From the NCBI GenBank assembly GCA_051654925.1, contig JBOFYZ010000042.1, positions 6,315-70,314 on the forward strand: a stretch of DNA of 64,000 bases. Reading direction: 5' to 3'. Made by a program: the position numbers and the translations under genes. The DNA comes from Lachnospiraceae bacterium (GTDB lineage: Bacteria > Bacillota > Clostridia > Lachnospirales > Lachnospiraceae). The notes under the pieces were generated by a model. That model did not search any database and was not told where the DNA came from. It was given only the letters and a program-made list of their open reading frames with translations. Shown piece by piece: positions 38,422 through 46,898 of the stretch. Within the stretch, counting starts at the first letter, position 1; every line of letters starts with the position of its first letter.

Positions 38422-38448
38422 TTAGCACTCTTTTAACGCGAGTGCTAA
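38422..38448 (-). promoter_or_regulatory. Perfect CIRCE operator (HrcA binding site)
   Basis: TTAGCACTC-N9-GAGTGCTAA read exactly, immediately upstream of the putative -35. Confidence 0.85.
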
Positions 38449-38467
38449 TTCGATATTTAATCGTAAT

Positions 38468-38968
38468 TTACTTGTCTTCCATAAAGATTATTTCATGTTC
38501 CCGCAGAAATAAGCGCATTGCCTCATCCCATTCATGATCCAGAGCCTTGTCAAGCGTAAAGATATTCAATGAAGTTCCGCTGATGCAGTAAAGGATTTGG
38601 TCTTCATAACGGATATTCATGTAAATTCCGTTGATCTGTCCAGAACTGATATCCAGCTGGCGGGACTTCAAAAAACGTTCTACTTCCGCCGGTGACAGCT
38701 GCAGCGTAATCTGAAAACTACCCGGCAGCTTTTTTCCTTTAATCAGTGAAAAACAGATCGGTCTCATGACCTGCCAGGAGGATTGATCTTCTATCTTGTT
38801 GTCCTCCAGTTCCTGATCTGAATAATACCCTTGCCGGATATGACCGTCAATCGTAAAGGAATTGAAGGTTACAATATTTATTTCACGAACCAAAAAACGG
38901 TCAAAAACAGTCCCTACAAATAATTTGGAGGTAAATGCTTTGATATCATCAATCTTCAGTGCTACCAT
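38468..38968 (-). CDS. Hypothetical cytoplasmic protein (166 aa), no motif recognised
   Basis: Clean ORF 18 nt downstream of the PrsA-like gene. No TM segment or signal peptide. Confidence 0.6.
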   Translation of the reverse strand: MVALKIDDIKAFTSKLFVGTVFDRFLVREINIVTFNSFTIDGHIRQGYYSDQELEDNKIEDQSSWQVMRPICFSLIKGKKLPGSFQITLQLSPAEVERFLKSRQLDISSGQINGIYMNIRYEDQILYCISGTSLNIFTLDKALDHEWDEAMRLFLREHEIIFMEDK

Positions 38969-38986
38969 CCGATACTCCCTGTCTTA

Positions 38987-39964
38987 TCAGTAATTCATAT
39001 ATTCATGATACAGTTCAAAAAAGCTGGTTGTCGTAGATTTATCTTCAGTTGTGAATGAAATCTGCTCCCAGATATCACTCTTGATTTCCACTTTATGCTC
39101 GGCCACATAAGTTTCGTAAATCTGCCGAAACGCCTGATTCTTGCGCTGCAGTGACAGACGCTGCTTCCGCTCCAGGGTGGCCGCCTCGTCGTAATCGCTG
39201 ATACATTTAACAATCACAAATTCCTGTTCATTCTCCTGAATCGGCTGGCCGATCTCACCGGCTTGCAGCTGAAATACCACATCCTCGTATGCCCGGGAAC
39301 GTTCGCTGCGGCCGACCTGCTTATCAATGACGGAATCACTGGAACTGGCCCGGGCAATCGCTGTAAAATCTGCCCCTTCAGCGGTAACCTGTTCATATAC
39401 AGACTGCGCCGTCCCGGCATTATCCAGTTTAATTTCCTGAACCGCAATCACTTTGGCCTCACTGTCACTGATCTCCAGATTCACATCCCGGGTCAGCTCG
39501 GTGACTAACTTATTCGCACGGTGATACTGCTCATACATATGGTAGGCATCTTCTTCCTGAATTCCCATATATGTAATATCATCCTCAGACAGACTGGTAT
39601 AGTAAGCCGTCGACAGCTTTTTAAGCTCCTCCTTCTCCTGGGACGTAAGTTCAATCCCATGTTCGTCAGCCAACAGGTTCATCGTCTTCAGTTCATGCAG
39701 AAAACTGCGGATCTCCCCCACCAGATGACTTTGAAAGTTCTCTCCGGTATCGCCAATCGCGACATCCCAGATCTCGGTTCCATAGACACTGCTGTATCTG
39801 TTCTTTTCGGTTGTAATCAGTATCATCATCTGCGCATCACTGTAGCTCTCCGTCTCACGTATTTCGGAAACGATCGGTATGCCGTCTGCACAGCCTGTCG
39901 CCAGCAACATAATGGCGGCCAGACAGGCAGCTATCCTGCCGGTTATACTCCTGCATTTTATCAT
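38987..39964 (-). CDS. PrsA/SurA-like lipoprotein with parvulin-type PPIase-like domain
   Basis: Lipobox LLATGCADG. C-terminal half resembles parvulin foldases (AKVIAVQEIKL...GADFTAIARASSSD...FQLQAGEIGQPIQ). Confidence 0.6.
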   Translation of the reverse strand: MIKCRSITGRIAACLAAIMLLATGCADGIPIVSEIRETESYSDAQMMILITTEKNRYSSVYGTEIWDVAIGDTGENFQSHLVGEIRSFLHELKTMNLLADEHGIELTSQEKEELKKLSTAYYTSLSEDDITYMGIQEEDAYHMYEQYHRANKLVTELTRDVNLEISDSEAKVIAVQEIKLDNAGTAQSVYEQVTAEGADFTAIARASSSDSVIDKQVGRSERSRAYEDVVFQLQAGEIGQPIQENEQEFVIVKCISDYDEAATLERKQRLSLQRKNQAFRQIYETYVAEHKVEIKSDIWEQISFTTEDKSTTTSFFELYHEYMNY

Positions 39965-40029
39965 CTATATAAAACTCCTTTTTCTCTGGTTTTTACCATT
40001 AAGAGTATACACTAAAATCAGTCCGAATG

Positions 40030-40812
40030 CTATAACAGCAGTTTTAAAATTTTCAGGACGCCGTCCCGGGTATTGGTATCAGCCTGAAATCTGGCGGTTT
40101 CCTTGACTTCCGGTCTGGCATTGCCGATCGCAAAGCTGTAGTAGACCTGTTCAAGCATCTCCACATCATTCATCTGATCGCCGAACGCCATGGTTTCCTC
40201 TGGTGTGATCTGCAGACTTTCCTGCAGCAGTTTGACGGCCTGGCCCTTATTCACCTCCGGTGCCATAAAATCGAGCCACATATCGCCTGCACATGCCATC
40301 TTGGTGCGTTTATGGTACTTCTCCCATAAGCGGCCGGAAAAAGCTTCGATATTTTTTTCTCGATAGGCAGAAACCTTAGTAAATACACCTTCAGCATTCC
40401 GCAGGTCGTCAATCTGTTTAATCTTATATTGATAGCCATTCTTCATCCAGTTATACAGCTCCTCATCACGGCTGTCCAGATATACATAATCAGGAGCACA
40501 AAGCATTGCCTCAAGCCCTTCGCTGCGGATATCTTCAATCAGTTCCATGACCAGAGAACGTTCCATCCCGTTGACAAACAGGGAACGGCCATGACATCCT
40601 ACATAGGCACCATTATCAGACAGGTAAAAAATCTTCTCTTTGATCGGGGAAAATACCCGTTCAATACTGGCCCATTGTCTTCCACTGGCGGCGGCGAACT
40701 GAATCCCCTTTTCCCGAAGCTTCAGAATCACCTCAAAAAGCTCCGGATTCACTACATTGGTTCCGTCCTCCAGCAGCGTACCGTCAATATCAGATACTAT
40801 CAGTTTAATCAT
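40030..40812 (-). CDS. Cof-type HAD-IIB family hydrolase
   Basis: MIKLIVSDIDGTLL motif I and GDQMNDVEML motif IV. Start at the ATG behind a GGGAGG RBS. Confidence 0.8.
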   Translation of the reverse strand: MIKLIVSDIDGTLLEDGTNVVNPELFEVILKLREKGIQFAAASGRQWASIERVFSPIKEKIFYLSDNGAYVGCHGRSLFVNGMERSLVMELIEDIRSEGLEAMLCAPDYVYLDSRDEELYNWMKNGYQYKIKQIDDLRNAEGVFTKVSAYREKNIEAFSGRLWEKYHKRTKMACAGDMWLDFMAPEVNKGQAVKLLQESLQITPEETMAFGDQMNDVEMLEQVYYSFAIGNARPEVKETARFQADTNTRDGVLKILKLLL

Positions 40813-40854
40813 AACTGTCCTCCCGATTTTTGTTTGTTTTATTAATTCCACCGC

Positions 40855-41418
40855 TTACAGTAAGGGGCGGATTACAGCCATAAAGTAACTCGTCAGTTCT
40901 TCTGGTGATTGTTTCAGCTGATTCTTTATCCACCATTGTACCATATTCACAAAACTTCCGGTAACATGATTCATCAGAAAATCATCCGGCGGCCCGCCGG
41001 ACTTAAATGCCACCTTTTCCATCAGACAATCGACTACCGTCTCACTCAGATACTGCCGGAAAAACTGCAGAAACAGTTCGCCGCTTTCACAGCCCAGGAT
41101 ACCGGTAATGTTCTTTTTATTGTCCCGCAAATGGTAGAGAATGTGTGTGATAACCGTCTCCGGACTGCCCTTCGAAAGTGAAAAATCATGGGTGGATTCG
41201 GTTCCCGGATGATCCGAAAAAACATGCTGAAAGATATCACTGCACATTTCACGCAGCAGCTCATCTTTTGTCTCAAAATGGGCATAAAAGGTGCTTCGTC
41301 CGACATTGGCGGCTTCAATAATTTCCTGTACCGTAATCTTTGAATAATTCTTTTCTGCCAGCAGTTTGCCGAAAGAAATAAATATCGCATCTCTCGTTTT
41401 CTGTTGTCTTCTGTCCAT
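40855..41418 (-). CDS. TetR/AcrR-family transcriptional regulator
   Basis: N-terminal HTH ITVQEIIEAANVGRSTFYAHFETKDELL. Confidence 0.85.
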   Translation of the reverse strand: MDRRQQKTRDAIFISFGKLLAEKNYSKITVQEIIEAANVGRSTFYAHFETKDELLREMCSDIFQHVFSDHPGTESTHDFSLSKGSPETVITHILYHLRDNKKNITGILGCESGELFLQFFRQYLSETVVDCLMEKVAFKSGGPPDDFLMNHVTGSFVNMVQWWIKNQLKQSPEELTSYFMAVIRPLL

Positions 41419-41462
41419 CTAATAACCTCCCGGACAAATCTGCCAAAATGTTCAATAACTTA

Positions 41463-41494
41463 CATTCTGTCAGGATTGTTCCTTGATCAGAATG
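41463..41494. promoter_or_regulatory. Imperfect palindrome in the tetR/ATPase divergent intergenic region (candidate TetR operator overlapping a putative -35)
   Basis: CATTCTGTCAGG, then attgtt, then CCTTGATCAGAATG. TATAAT at 41507-41512. Confidence 0.4.
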
Positions 41495-41598
41495 AATGCC
41501 TTCTCCTATAATCATGTTGTAACACCATGCTCAATGCATCTATATAGATTGTAACGCTGTCTGCGGGAAAACACAAGCATCAAAAGGAGGATTCCATA

Positions 41599-43527
41599 AT
41601 GTTAAGAAAAATGAGTGACTGCTTTGCCGGTGTAAAAATGACGACCATATCCGGTATCTTTCTGCTGGCCAGTCTGGGCTGTATGCTTGGCGGATACCAC
41701 CTTCCCGCCGATCCTGCCTGGATAACCGTGGTGCTGTCGGGCTATCCGCTGCTCTATCTGGCTGTCACCAGGCTGCTGTACGATAAATGGGTATCATCAG
41801 CCCTGCTGATATCCATTGCTATGATTGCTTCCCTGTGTATCGGTGAATTATTTGCGGCCGGAGAGGTTGCCTTTATTATGGCAATCGGCGCTATTCTTGA
41901 GGATAAAACGGTTGACCGGGCCCGCCAGGGACTGTTTCAGCTGATCGCACTGGCCCCCGCCGAAGGCCGCCGGCTGATCATCAAAGAAGGCCGTCAGACC
42001 GAAGAAATGATTGCGGCCAAAGAAATTGCAGCCGGTGATATCCTGCGCATTCTACCGGGTGAAAAAATCCCGGCCGACGGTAAAATACTATCCGGCAGCA
42101 CTGCCGTTGATCAGGCTGTTCTGACCGGCGAATCCCTGCCTGTTGATAAAACTTGCGGTGATGATGTTTTCTGCGGTACGCAAAATTGCTTTGGTTCGAT
42201 TGACATCGAAGCGGCCGGTGTCGGAGAAGATTCTTCCCTTCAGAAGCTGATCCGGATGGTCAAAGAAGCAGAACAAAAAAAAGCTCCGGTTCAGCGTATT
42301 GCTGATAAATGGGCGGTATGGCTGGTTCCTATCGCCTTATCAATCGCTTTCCTGGCTTTTATCATCAATTACTGGGCCGGACTGGATAGGATGGATGCAC
42401 TGAACCGGGGGGTTACCGTACTGGTGGTATTCTGCCCCTGCGCACTGGCACTGGCAACACCGACATCCGTGATGGCGGCGATTGGCCAGGCGGCCAAATA
42501 CGGTATCATTATAAAATCAGGAGAGGCTCTTGAAAGCATGGGACGGATTGATACGATTGCCTTTGATAAAACCGGCACGCTGACCTTGGGCAAACTCGAA
42601 GTCAGCGATGTAATTTCCTTCAGCCCTGAAATCAATGAGGATACATTGCTGACCCTGACGGCTTCTGCCGAACAAAAAAGTGAACACCCGCTGGGCCAGG
42701 CGATTGTCGCCCATGCCAGAAACCAGCAATGTATTCTCGCCGATGCTGACGCATTTCAAATGAATGCCGGCAAAGGTGTATCAGCATCCATATCCGGCCG
42801 CAGACTCATCTGCGGAAACGAGGCATACCTTACCGAACATGATATCGTGCTGACACTTCCTATGAAAAATGCCCTGGAACAGATTCGCCGGCAGGGGAAA
42901 GCCGCCGTATTGATTGCCGCCGCCCCGCACTGCCTTGGTCTGATTGCCCTTACCGATGTGCTGCGTCCGGATGCCCGGATATTGATAGACCAGTTATCTT
43001 CCATGAATACAGAAACAATATTGCTGACCGGAGATAATATCCAGGCTGCTGAATATTTCGCACAGCAAGCCGGCATCCACTCTGTCCGTGCCGATCTGCT
43101 GCCGGAACAGAAAGTGTCCGAAATCCTGCTGCTAAAGAAGGACGGCCGGAACGTCTGTATGATTGGAGATGGTATCAATGATGCTCCGGCTCTGAAAACT
43201 GCTGATGTCGGTATTGCCATGGGTATTATGGGAACGGATATTACCGTTGAAGCCGCAGACATTTCCCTGATGAGTGATGACCTTGTCAGGATTGCCTATC
43301 TGAAACGACTCTCCCGGTCTGCCCTCAATACAATTAAAGGAAATATCGCGGCTTCTATGGCGATAAATTTTGTTGCCGTGCTGCTGTCGGCATTCGGCAT
43401 ATTAAACCCGGTTACCGGCGCGCTGGTTCACAATGCCGGATCGGTACTGGTTGTCTTAAATGCAGCCTTGCTGTATGACCGGAATTTTGCTGAATCTGCC
43501 AGCCCTCCTCAAGTTCGCGAATCCTGA
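41599..43527 (+). CDS. P1B-type heavy-metal-translocating ATPase lacking an N-terminal metal-binding domain
   Basis: CPC in a TM helix (VFCPCALALATP), DKTGTLT, TGDN, GDGINDAP. The protein begins directly with TM helices. Confidence 0.85.
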   Translation: MLRKMSDCFAGVKMTTISGIFLLASLGCMLGGYHLPADPAWITVVLSGYPLLYLAVTRLLYDKWVSSALLISIAMIASLCIGELFAAGEVAFIMAIGAILEDKTVDRARQGLFQLIALAPAEGRRLIIKEGRQTEEMIAAKEIAAGDILRILPGEKIPADGKILSGSTAVDQAVLTGESLPVDKTCGDDVFCGTQNCFGSIDIEAAGVGEDSSLQKLIRMVKEAEQKKAPVQRIADKWAVWLVPIALSIAFLAFIINYWAGLDRMDALNRGVTVLVVFCPCALALATPTSVMAAIGQAAKYGIIIKSGEALESMGRIDTIAFDKTGTLTLGKLEVSDVISFSPEINEDTLLTLTASAEQKSEHPLGQAIVAHARNQQCILADADAFQMNAGKGVSASISGRRLICGNEAYLTEHDIVLTLPMKNALEQIRRQGKAAVLIAAAPHCLGLIALTDVLRPDARILIDQLSSMNTETILLTGDNIQAAEYFAQQAGIHSVRADLLPEQKVSEILLLKKDGRNVCMIGDGINDAPALKTADVGIAMGIMGTDITVEAADISLMSDDLVRIAYLKRLSRSALNTIKGNIAASMAINFVAVLLSAFGILNPVTGALVHNAGSVLVVLNAALLYDRNFAESASPPQVRES

Positions 43528-43870
43528 TAAATTCGCGCTGTCATCATGCACCGCATAACCTTACAATACCACAGCGGTGCCAATCAGGTTGCTGGGGAAA
43601 GTGGGGAGTTCGTGCAGGATGCGGCGACATTGAACGAAGCATCAACATTTCTTGGATTATAGCAAGGGATTTGCAGCGGAGGTTTTCTGAATCCCGATCA
43701 GAAAACCAGGCGTTGAGGCTGCGAAATCATCAACATTTCGGCGTGCCGAGTACAGCATTGTGTAAATATTGCAATCATGAGTATCTGATATTCGCATCAG
43801 AAACGCGTCCGCGAAGCGACGACGTAGTAAGGCTGTACTTATTCGGTGCCGCTGCAACCTTAACACTGCC

Positions 43871-44116
43871 CTACGTAATTTTCCAATCAGAAATCCAGGA
43901 CTTATCATTCGCAATTGCTGTAACAATCTCCTTACCCGATTTAAAATTATCGAATGTACCTTTGCTGATTTCATCAATTGCTTTATTTAATAATTTTTCA
44001 TAATAAGCTTCTGCTGTGATTTCTGTTGTTGTTTCGTGAAAATGCTGCTGAGACTCCATCGAAGCAATTCGTGCGTATTCCTCTTTTACTTGGGCGATTA
44101 ATTTGTCGTGATTCAT
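43871..44116 (-). CDS. Hypothetical 81-aa hydrophilic protein
   Basis: AAGGAG RBS 7 nt upstream. Follows the 49-aa ORF with a 23-nt gap. Confidence 0.45.
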   Translation of the reverse strand: MNHDKLIAQVKEEYARIASMESQQHFHETTTEITAEAYYEKLLNKAIDEISKGTFDNFKSGKEIVTAIANDKSWISDWKIT

Positions 44117-44139
44117 TGATTTACTCCTTTACATCAAGC

Positions 44140-44289
44140 TTATTTATCATTACCGGGTTTATGGCGGCTGCCGGACTGTTTCTTAATATTCCGGCTTTCT
44201 CCGTCCAAGGCACTTTCTGCCATGGTCGGGCCACCATTGGCCTTCTCTTTTCGGACCGCTTTCGGGTCAAGTTGGGAATCCTTTGCCAT
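44140..44289 (-). CDS. Hypothetical 49-aa basic, hydrophilic protein (below the ORF-track cutoff)
   Basis: My own translation: MAKDSQLDPKAVRKEKANGGPTMAESALDGESRNIKKQSGSRHKPGNDK. AAGGAGA RBS upstream. Confidence 0.4.
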   Translation of the reverse strand: MAKDSQLDPKAVRKEKANGGPTMAESALDGESRNIKKQSGSRHKPGNDK

Positions 44290-44421
44290 TGTTATTCTCC
44301 TTGTATTTTACTATAACTTTATTATTTACAGATACCAGAATATTATGCGCAGCAGAACCGGAACCCATTCTTGGCGAGAGGATAACAAACTATACTATAA
44401 TAGGAGTGTTGAGGGGATATT

Positions 44422-44480
44422 ATGAAAAACAAAATGCTGACAATCGGTGATGTATCGAAAATGACCGGAATCGCCGAAGC
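44422..44480 (+). pseudogene. About 20-codon N-terminal stub of a MerR-type HTH regulator
   Basis: MKNKMLTIGDVSKMTGIAEA has a good RBS (GGAGTG..GAGGGG). The sequence then continues as the reverse complement of an endolysin fragment. Confidence 0.35.
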
Positions 44481-44481
44481 G

Positions 44482-44737
44482 CGGTGTTGCCAATGTAAAA
44501 CCGCCAGCCGCCGTCTTCTTCATGCCATCCAGACTTTTTGTTGTCTGCAGCCATCTTGGCCGACACATCCTGCTTAAACTGCTCCCATGATGTCGGGCTA
44601 TCAACAAGCCATTTCGGGCAGCATTTTCCGGTAACGTCATAGTGCCGGATCAATCCACCATACAATGGATCACCCCCCACCGGGTACACAGGACAGCACA
44701 TAGCTCCGCATAAGCGGCATAGGTCGCATCCCCCCAT
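44482..44737 (-). pseudogene. C-terminal remnant of a phage-type N-acetylmuramoyl-L-alanine amidase (endolysin)
   Basis: GLIRHYDVTGKCCPKWLVDSPTSWEQFKQDV is an Amidase_2-type C-terminal motif. It is followed by the start of a GW-type wall-binding repeat (GWHEEDGGWRFY), cut off at about 44480. Confidence 0.55.
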
Positions 44738-44804
44738 TCTGGAATAAATAACTTGTAAGCTCACGCTAGTATAATCCACTTTTATTAACAGAATGTTTCA
44801 TCAC

Positions 44805-45008
44805 TTAACTGTTTGTTTCTTTCTTTTGCGTGGTTTCGCCACTCTCGGACAGTACCTCAATCCGGTCACATCCTGTCAGGCTGGCTTCGACCTCTTCATA
44901 GCTGCCGCCATCCGGCCAGACAAATGTGATCTGCAACTGCTCTCCAATGTAATGTGTTCCGACTGGCACAAGATCGTACTGCGTGCTTCCAAACTTAATT
45001 TTTTCCAT
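44805..45008 (-). CDS. Hypothetical 67-aa protein (phage-remnant context)
   Basis: RBS AAAGGAAAAGGA. A hairpin (agaccc/gggtct) followed by a T-run lies upstream on the minus strand. Confidence 0.4.
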   Translation of the reverse strand: MEKIKFGSTQYDLVPVGTHYIGEQLQITFVWPDGGSYEEVEASLTGCDRIEVLSESGETTQKKETNS

Positions 45009-45251
45009 ATCCTTTTCCTTTCTGATAATAAAATAAGACCCTCTCGGGTCTGGTTGATGGGATCCGTATTCAATTTTCTTCCTCCGTTAAATAGTGATTT
45101 GGTCGCCACAAAAGAAGATTCTGGATATTATCAAGTATTTCTACGAGAAAGCGAGTACGATAATAACGACAAGACACCAGGTGGCGGTCTGGTGTCTCTT
45201 TTTTGGGAAGATTAACTTTCTATCTATTTAGTGATCTGGCATATTTACACG

Positions 45252-45449
45252 CTATTTACATTTGTGGCAGCAACGGCATTCGCAGTCATCACACGATTTT
45301 TTGCCATCCCAAAGGCCTTTCTTATATCCGACTCTGAAGCCGGCCTGGCAACCTTCGCGAAAAGCTCTATGCGTCTGGAGAATATTATTACAACATCTGT
45401 CACAGTTGTTATTCCAATCACATCTATTACAACAAATAAATCGACACAT
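45252..45449 (-). CDS. Cysteine-rich 65-aa protein (16 Cys)
   Basis: MCRFICCNRCDWNNNCDRCCNNILQTHRAFREGCQAGFRVGYKKGLWDGKKSCDDCECRCCHKCK. ACGGAG RBS upstream. Cys clusters sit at both ends around a Gly/aromatic core. Confidence 0.5.
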   Translation of the reverse strand: MCRFICCNRCDWNNNCDRCCNNILQTHRAFREGCQAGFRVGYKKGLWDGKKSCDDCECRCCHKCK

Positions 45450-45904
45450 TTTAGAAATCTCCGTTAATTTTGCTTGTAATAAATTATATGTGGACAGTGA
45501 GACATGTGTGACAAACTGGTATGTGGTCTAATGACATAACTGAAGTTAAAAAAATAATATCCCGCAGGCATGTCGGAATCAGATCTAACGTAACCATCTG
45601 TGCCGGCTCTTACTAGTACCAATGGCCTGCAGACGGTTCATCTTTTGGTCAATCAGCGATGTGATCTCGGCTGTTCCTGTATGCGTTCCATAACCTCGGC
45701 CATGATGGACGCTTCCAGGGCTGACAGAGTACGTTCATGGCTAAAGGGAGTTGGTGTGTTAAGTTCATATCACAATGGCACTTATATTCCCGGTCAATAG
45801 CTGCCTGATTACATAGATAGTGAGAAACCACAGGACGTTGTACAGGGCATCATAAGCAATTTCAATGCATCCCAGCGAGCGAAGGCTGACGAACCCCCAA
45901 AAGA

Positions 45905-46179
45905 CACCTTTAGTGCAGTCTACGAAGCTTATTACAGGTGGAAATACCAAGACAAGTCAAAGGAATATTCCGACCAGTCTAAGTTTTCCACCAGAGCAGC
46001 CACCGCACGACTGTCGGTACACTTTCTCCATGCTATGCGAAAAGTGCGGCGTAAATGAAAATGATAGGAAGCGACTGCTGGGACATAGTTTCGGGTCAGA
46101 TATCACTAATAAGGTCTATGGCCACCGCTCGGTGGGCGAATTGAGAGCAGAGATAGAAAAAATACAAATTTGTTACTAA
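45905..46179 (+). pseudogene. Tyrosine recombinase (phage integrase) with large internal deletion and frameshift
   Basis: An N-terminal-type TFSAVYEAYYRWKYQDKSKEYS in one frame joins the C-terminal catalytic region HDCRYTFSMLCEKCGVNENDRKRLLGHS...VYGH in another. Confidence 0.7.
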
Positions 46180-46323
46180 CGTGTTACTAACGGGCTACAT
46201 CTGGTGACGATGTTGAACCAGTATCAGCCAGGAAAAAACCCCGTATTTAAAAGGATTTTACGTTTTTTCTTGTGCATAATGTATCTGCAAATATTAAGGA
46301 TTCATTAATTCGCTTCGGTTCTA

Positions 46324-46352
46324 TTGACACATATATAAAACAAAATTATAAT
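46324..46352 (+). promoter_or_regulatory. Consensus sigma-A promoter
   Basis: TTGACA (46324-46329), a 17-nt spacer, TATAAT (46347-46352). A TTCTCT/AGAGAA hairpin lies just downstream. Confidence 0.65.
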
Positions 46353-46406
46353 CAACATATTCTCTTTATAAGAGAACTAATTTAATATTTACAAGGAAGG
46401 ATCATT

Positions 46407-46712
46407 ATGAAAAAAAGAATTTTATTACCACTTTGTACGGCTTTAATGTTGGTATTAACTGCCTGTGGCTCTTCATCAGAGAAAGCTGATGCCACTACCG
46501 TTGCCTCCTCGGAAGTTGAGACAACTACAGAAACACCAACAGAAACAGAAAGCGAACCAGAAACCACTACTACCACCGAAGAAACTTCTGCCGAAGAATC
46601 CAGCGAGGAAGACACTTCTACCGAAGAAACATCAGGTGAAGAACAAGCAGATGCAAATAATATTTCTGCACAAGAATTTATCCGCAAACCACAAAAAGCA
46701 CCACAATCATAA
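46407..46712 (+). CDS. Small acidic Thr/Glu/Ser-rich lipoprotein
   Basis: Lipobox LVLTACGSS, then low-complexity TTETPTETESEPETTTTTEETSAEESSEEDTSTEE. GGAAGGA RBS. Confidence 0.65.
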   Translation: MKKRILLPLCTALMLVLTACGSSSEKADATTVASSEVETTTETPTETESEPETTTTTEETSAEESSEEDTSTEETSGEEQADANNISAQEFIRKPQKAPQS

Positions 46713-46722
46713 CTTTACAAAT

Positions 46723-46772
46723 AAAGTAGAAACACAAGGGGCAGGAAACTACCTCTTGAGTTTCTACTTTTT
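46723..46772 (+). terminator. Stem-loop terminator after the lipoprotein gene
   Basis: aaagtagaaac pairs with gtttctacttt (11 bp), followed by a T-run. Confidence 0.55.
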
Positions 46773-46898
46773 AAACGCTAGTTGATATGCTCCTTATCGC
46801 GTAGTGCGCATCCCCCAGAGGGTTTTTTATTTCACAGGACGCAATTTCCTGTACAAAAAAGCCCTAAAACAATAAAATTGTTTCAAGGCATTATTAGC

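Noticed and set aside
42756-43262. 168-aa minus-strand ORF, and several 60-90-aa ORFs, inside the P-type ATPase gene
   Set aside because: They are antisense to a gene with unambiguous DKTGTLT/GDGINDAP motifs and have Ser/Arg/Ala-rich shadow composition.
43560-43700. Possible cobalamin or other riboswitch (GGTGCC..AATCAGG..GGGAAAG resemblance)
   Set aside because: None of the conserved cores I know is present (B12 box, TPP CTGAGA, T-box). There is also no downstream gene in the right orientation. It is retained only as an unassigned structured tract.
46382-46785. Alternative-frame ORFs (101 aa minus, 106 aa plus) overlapping the acidic lipoprotein gene
   Set aside because: They are by-products of the low-complexity ACN/GAA codon repetition. 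Only the 46407 frame has an RBS, a signal peptide and a lipobox.
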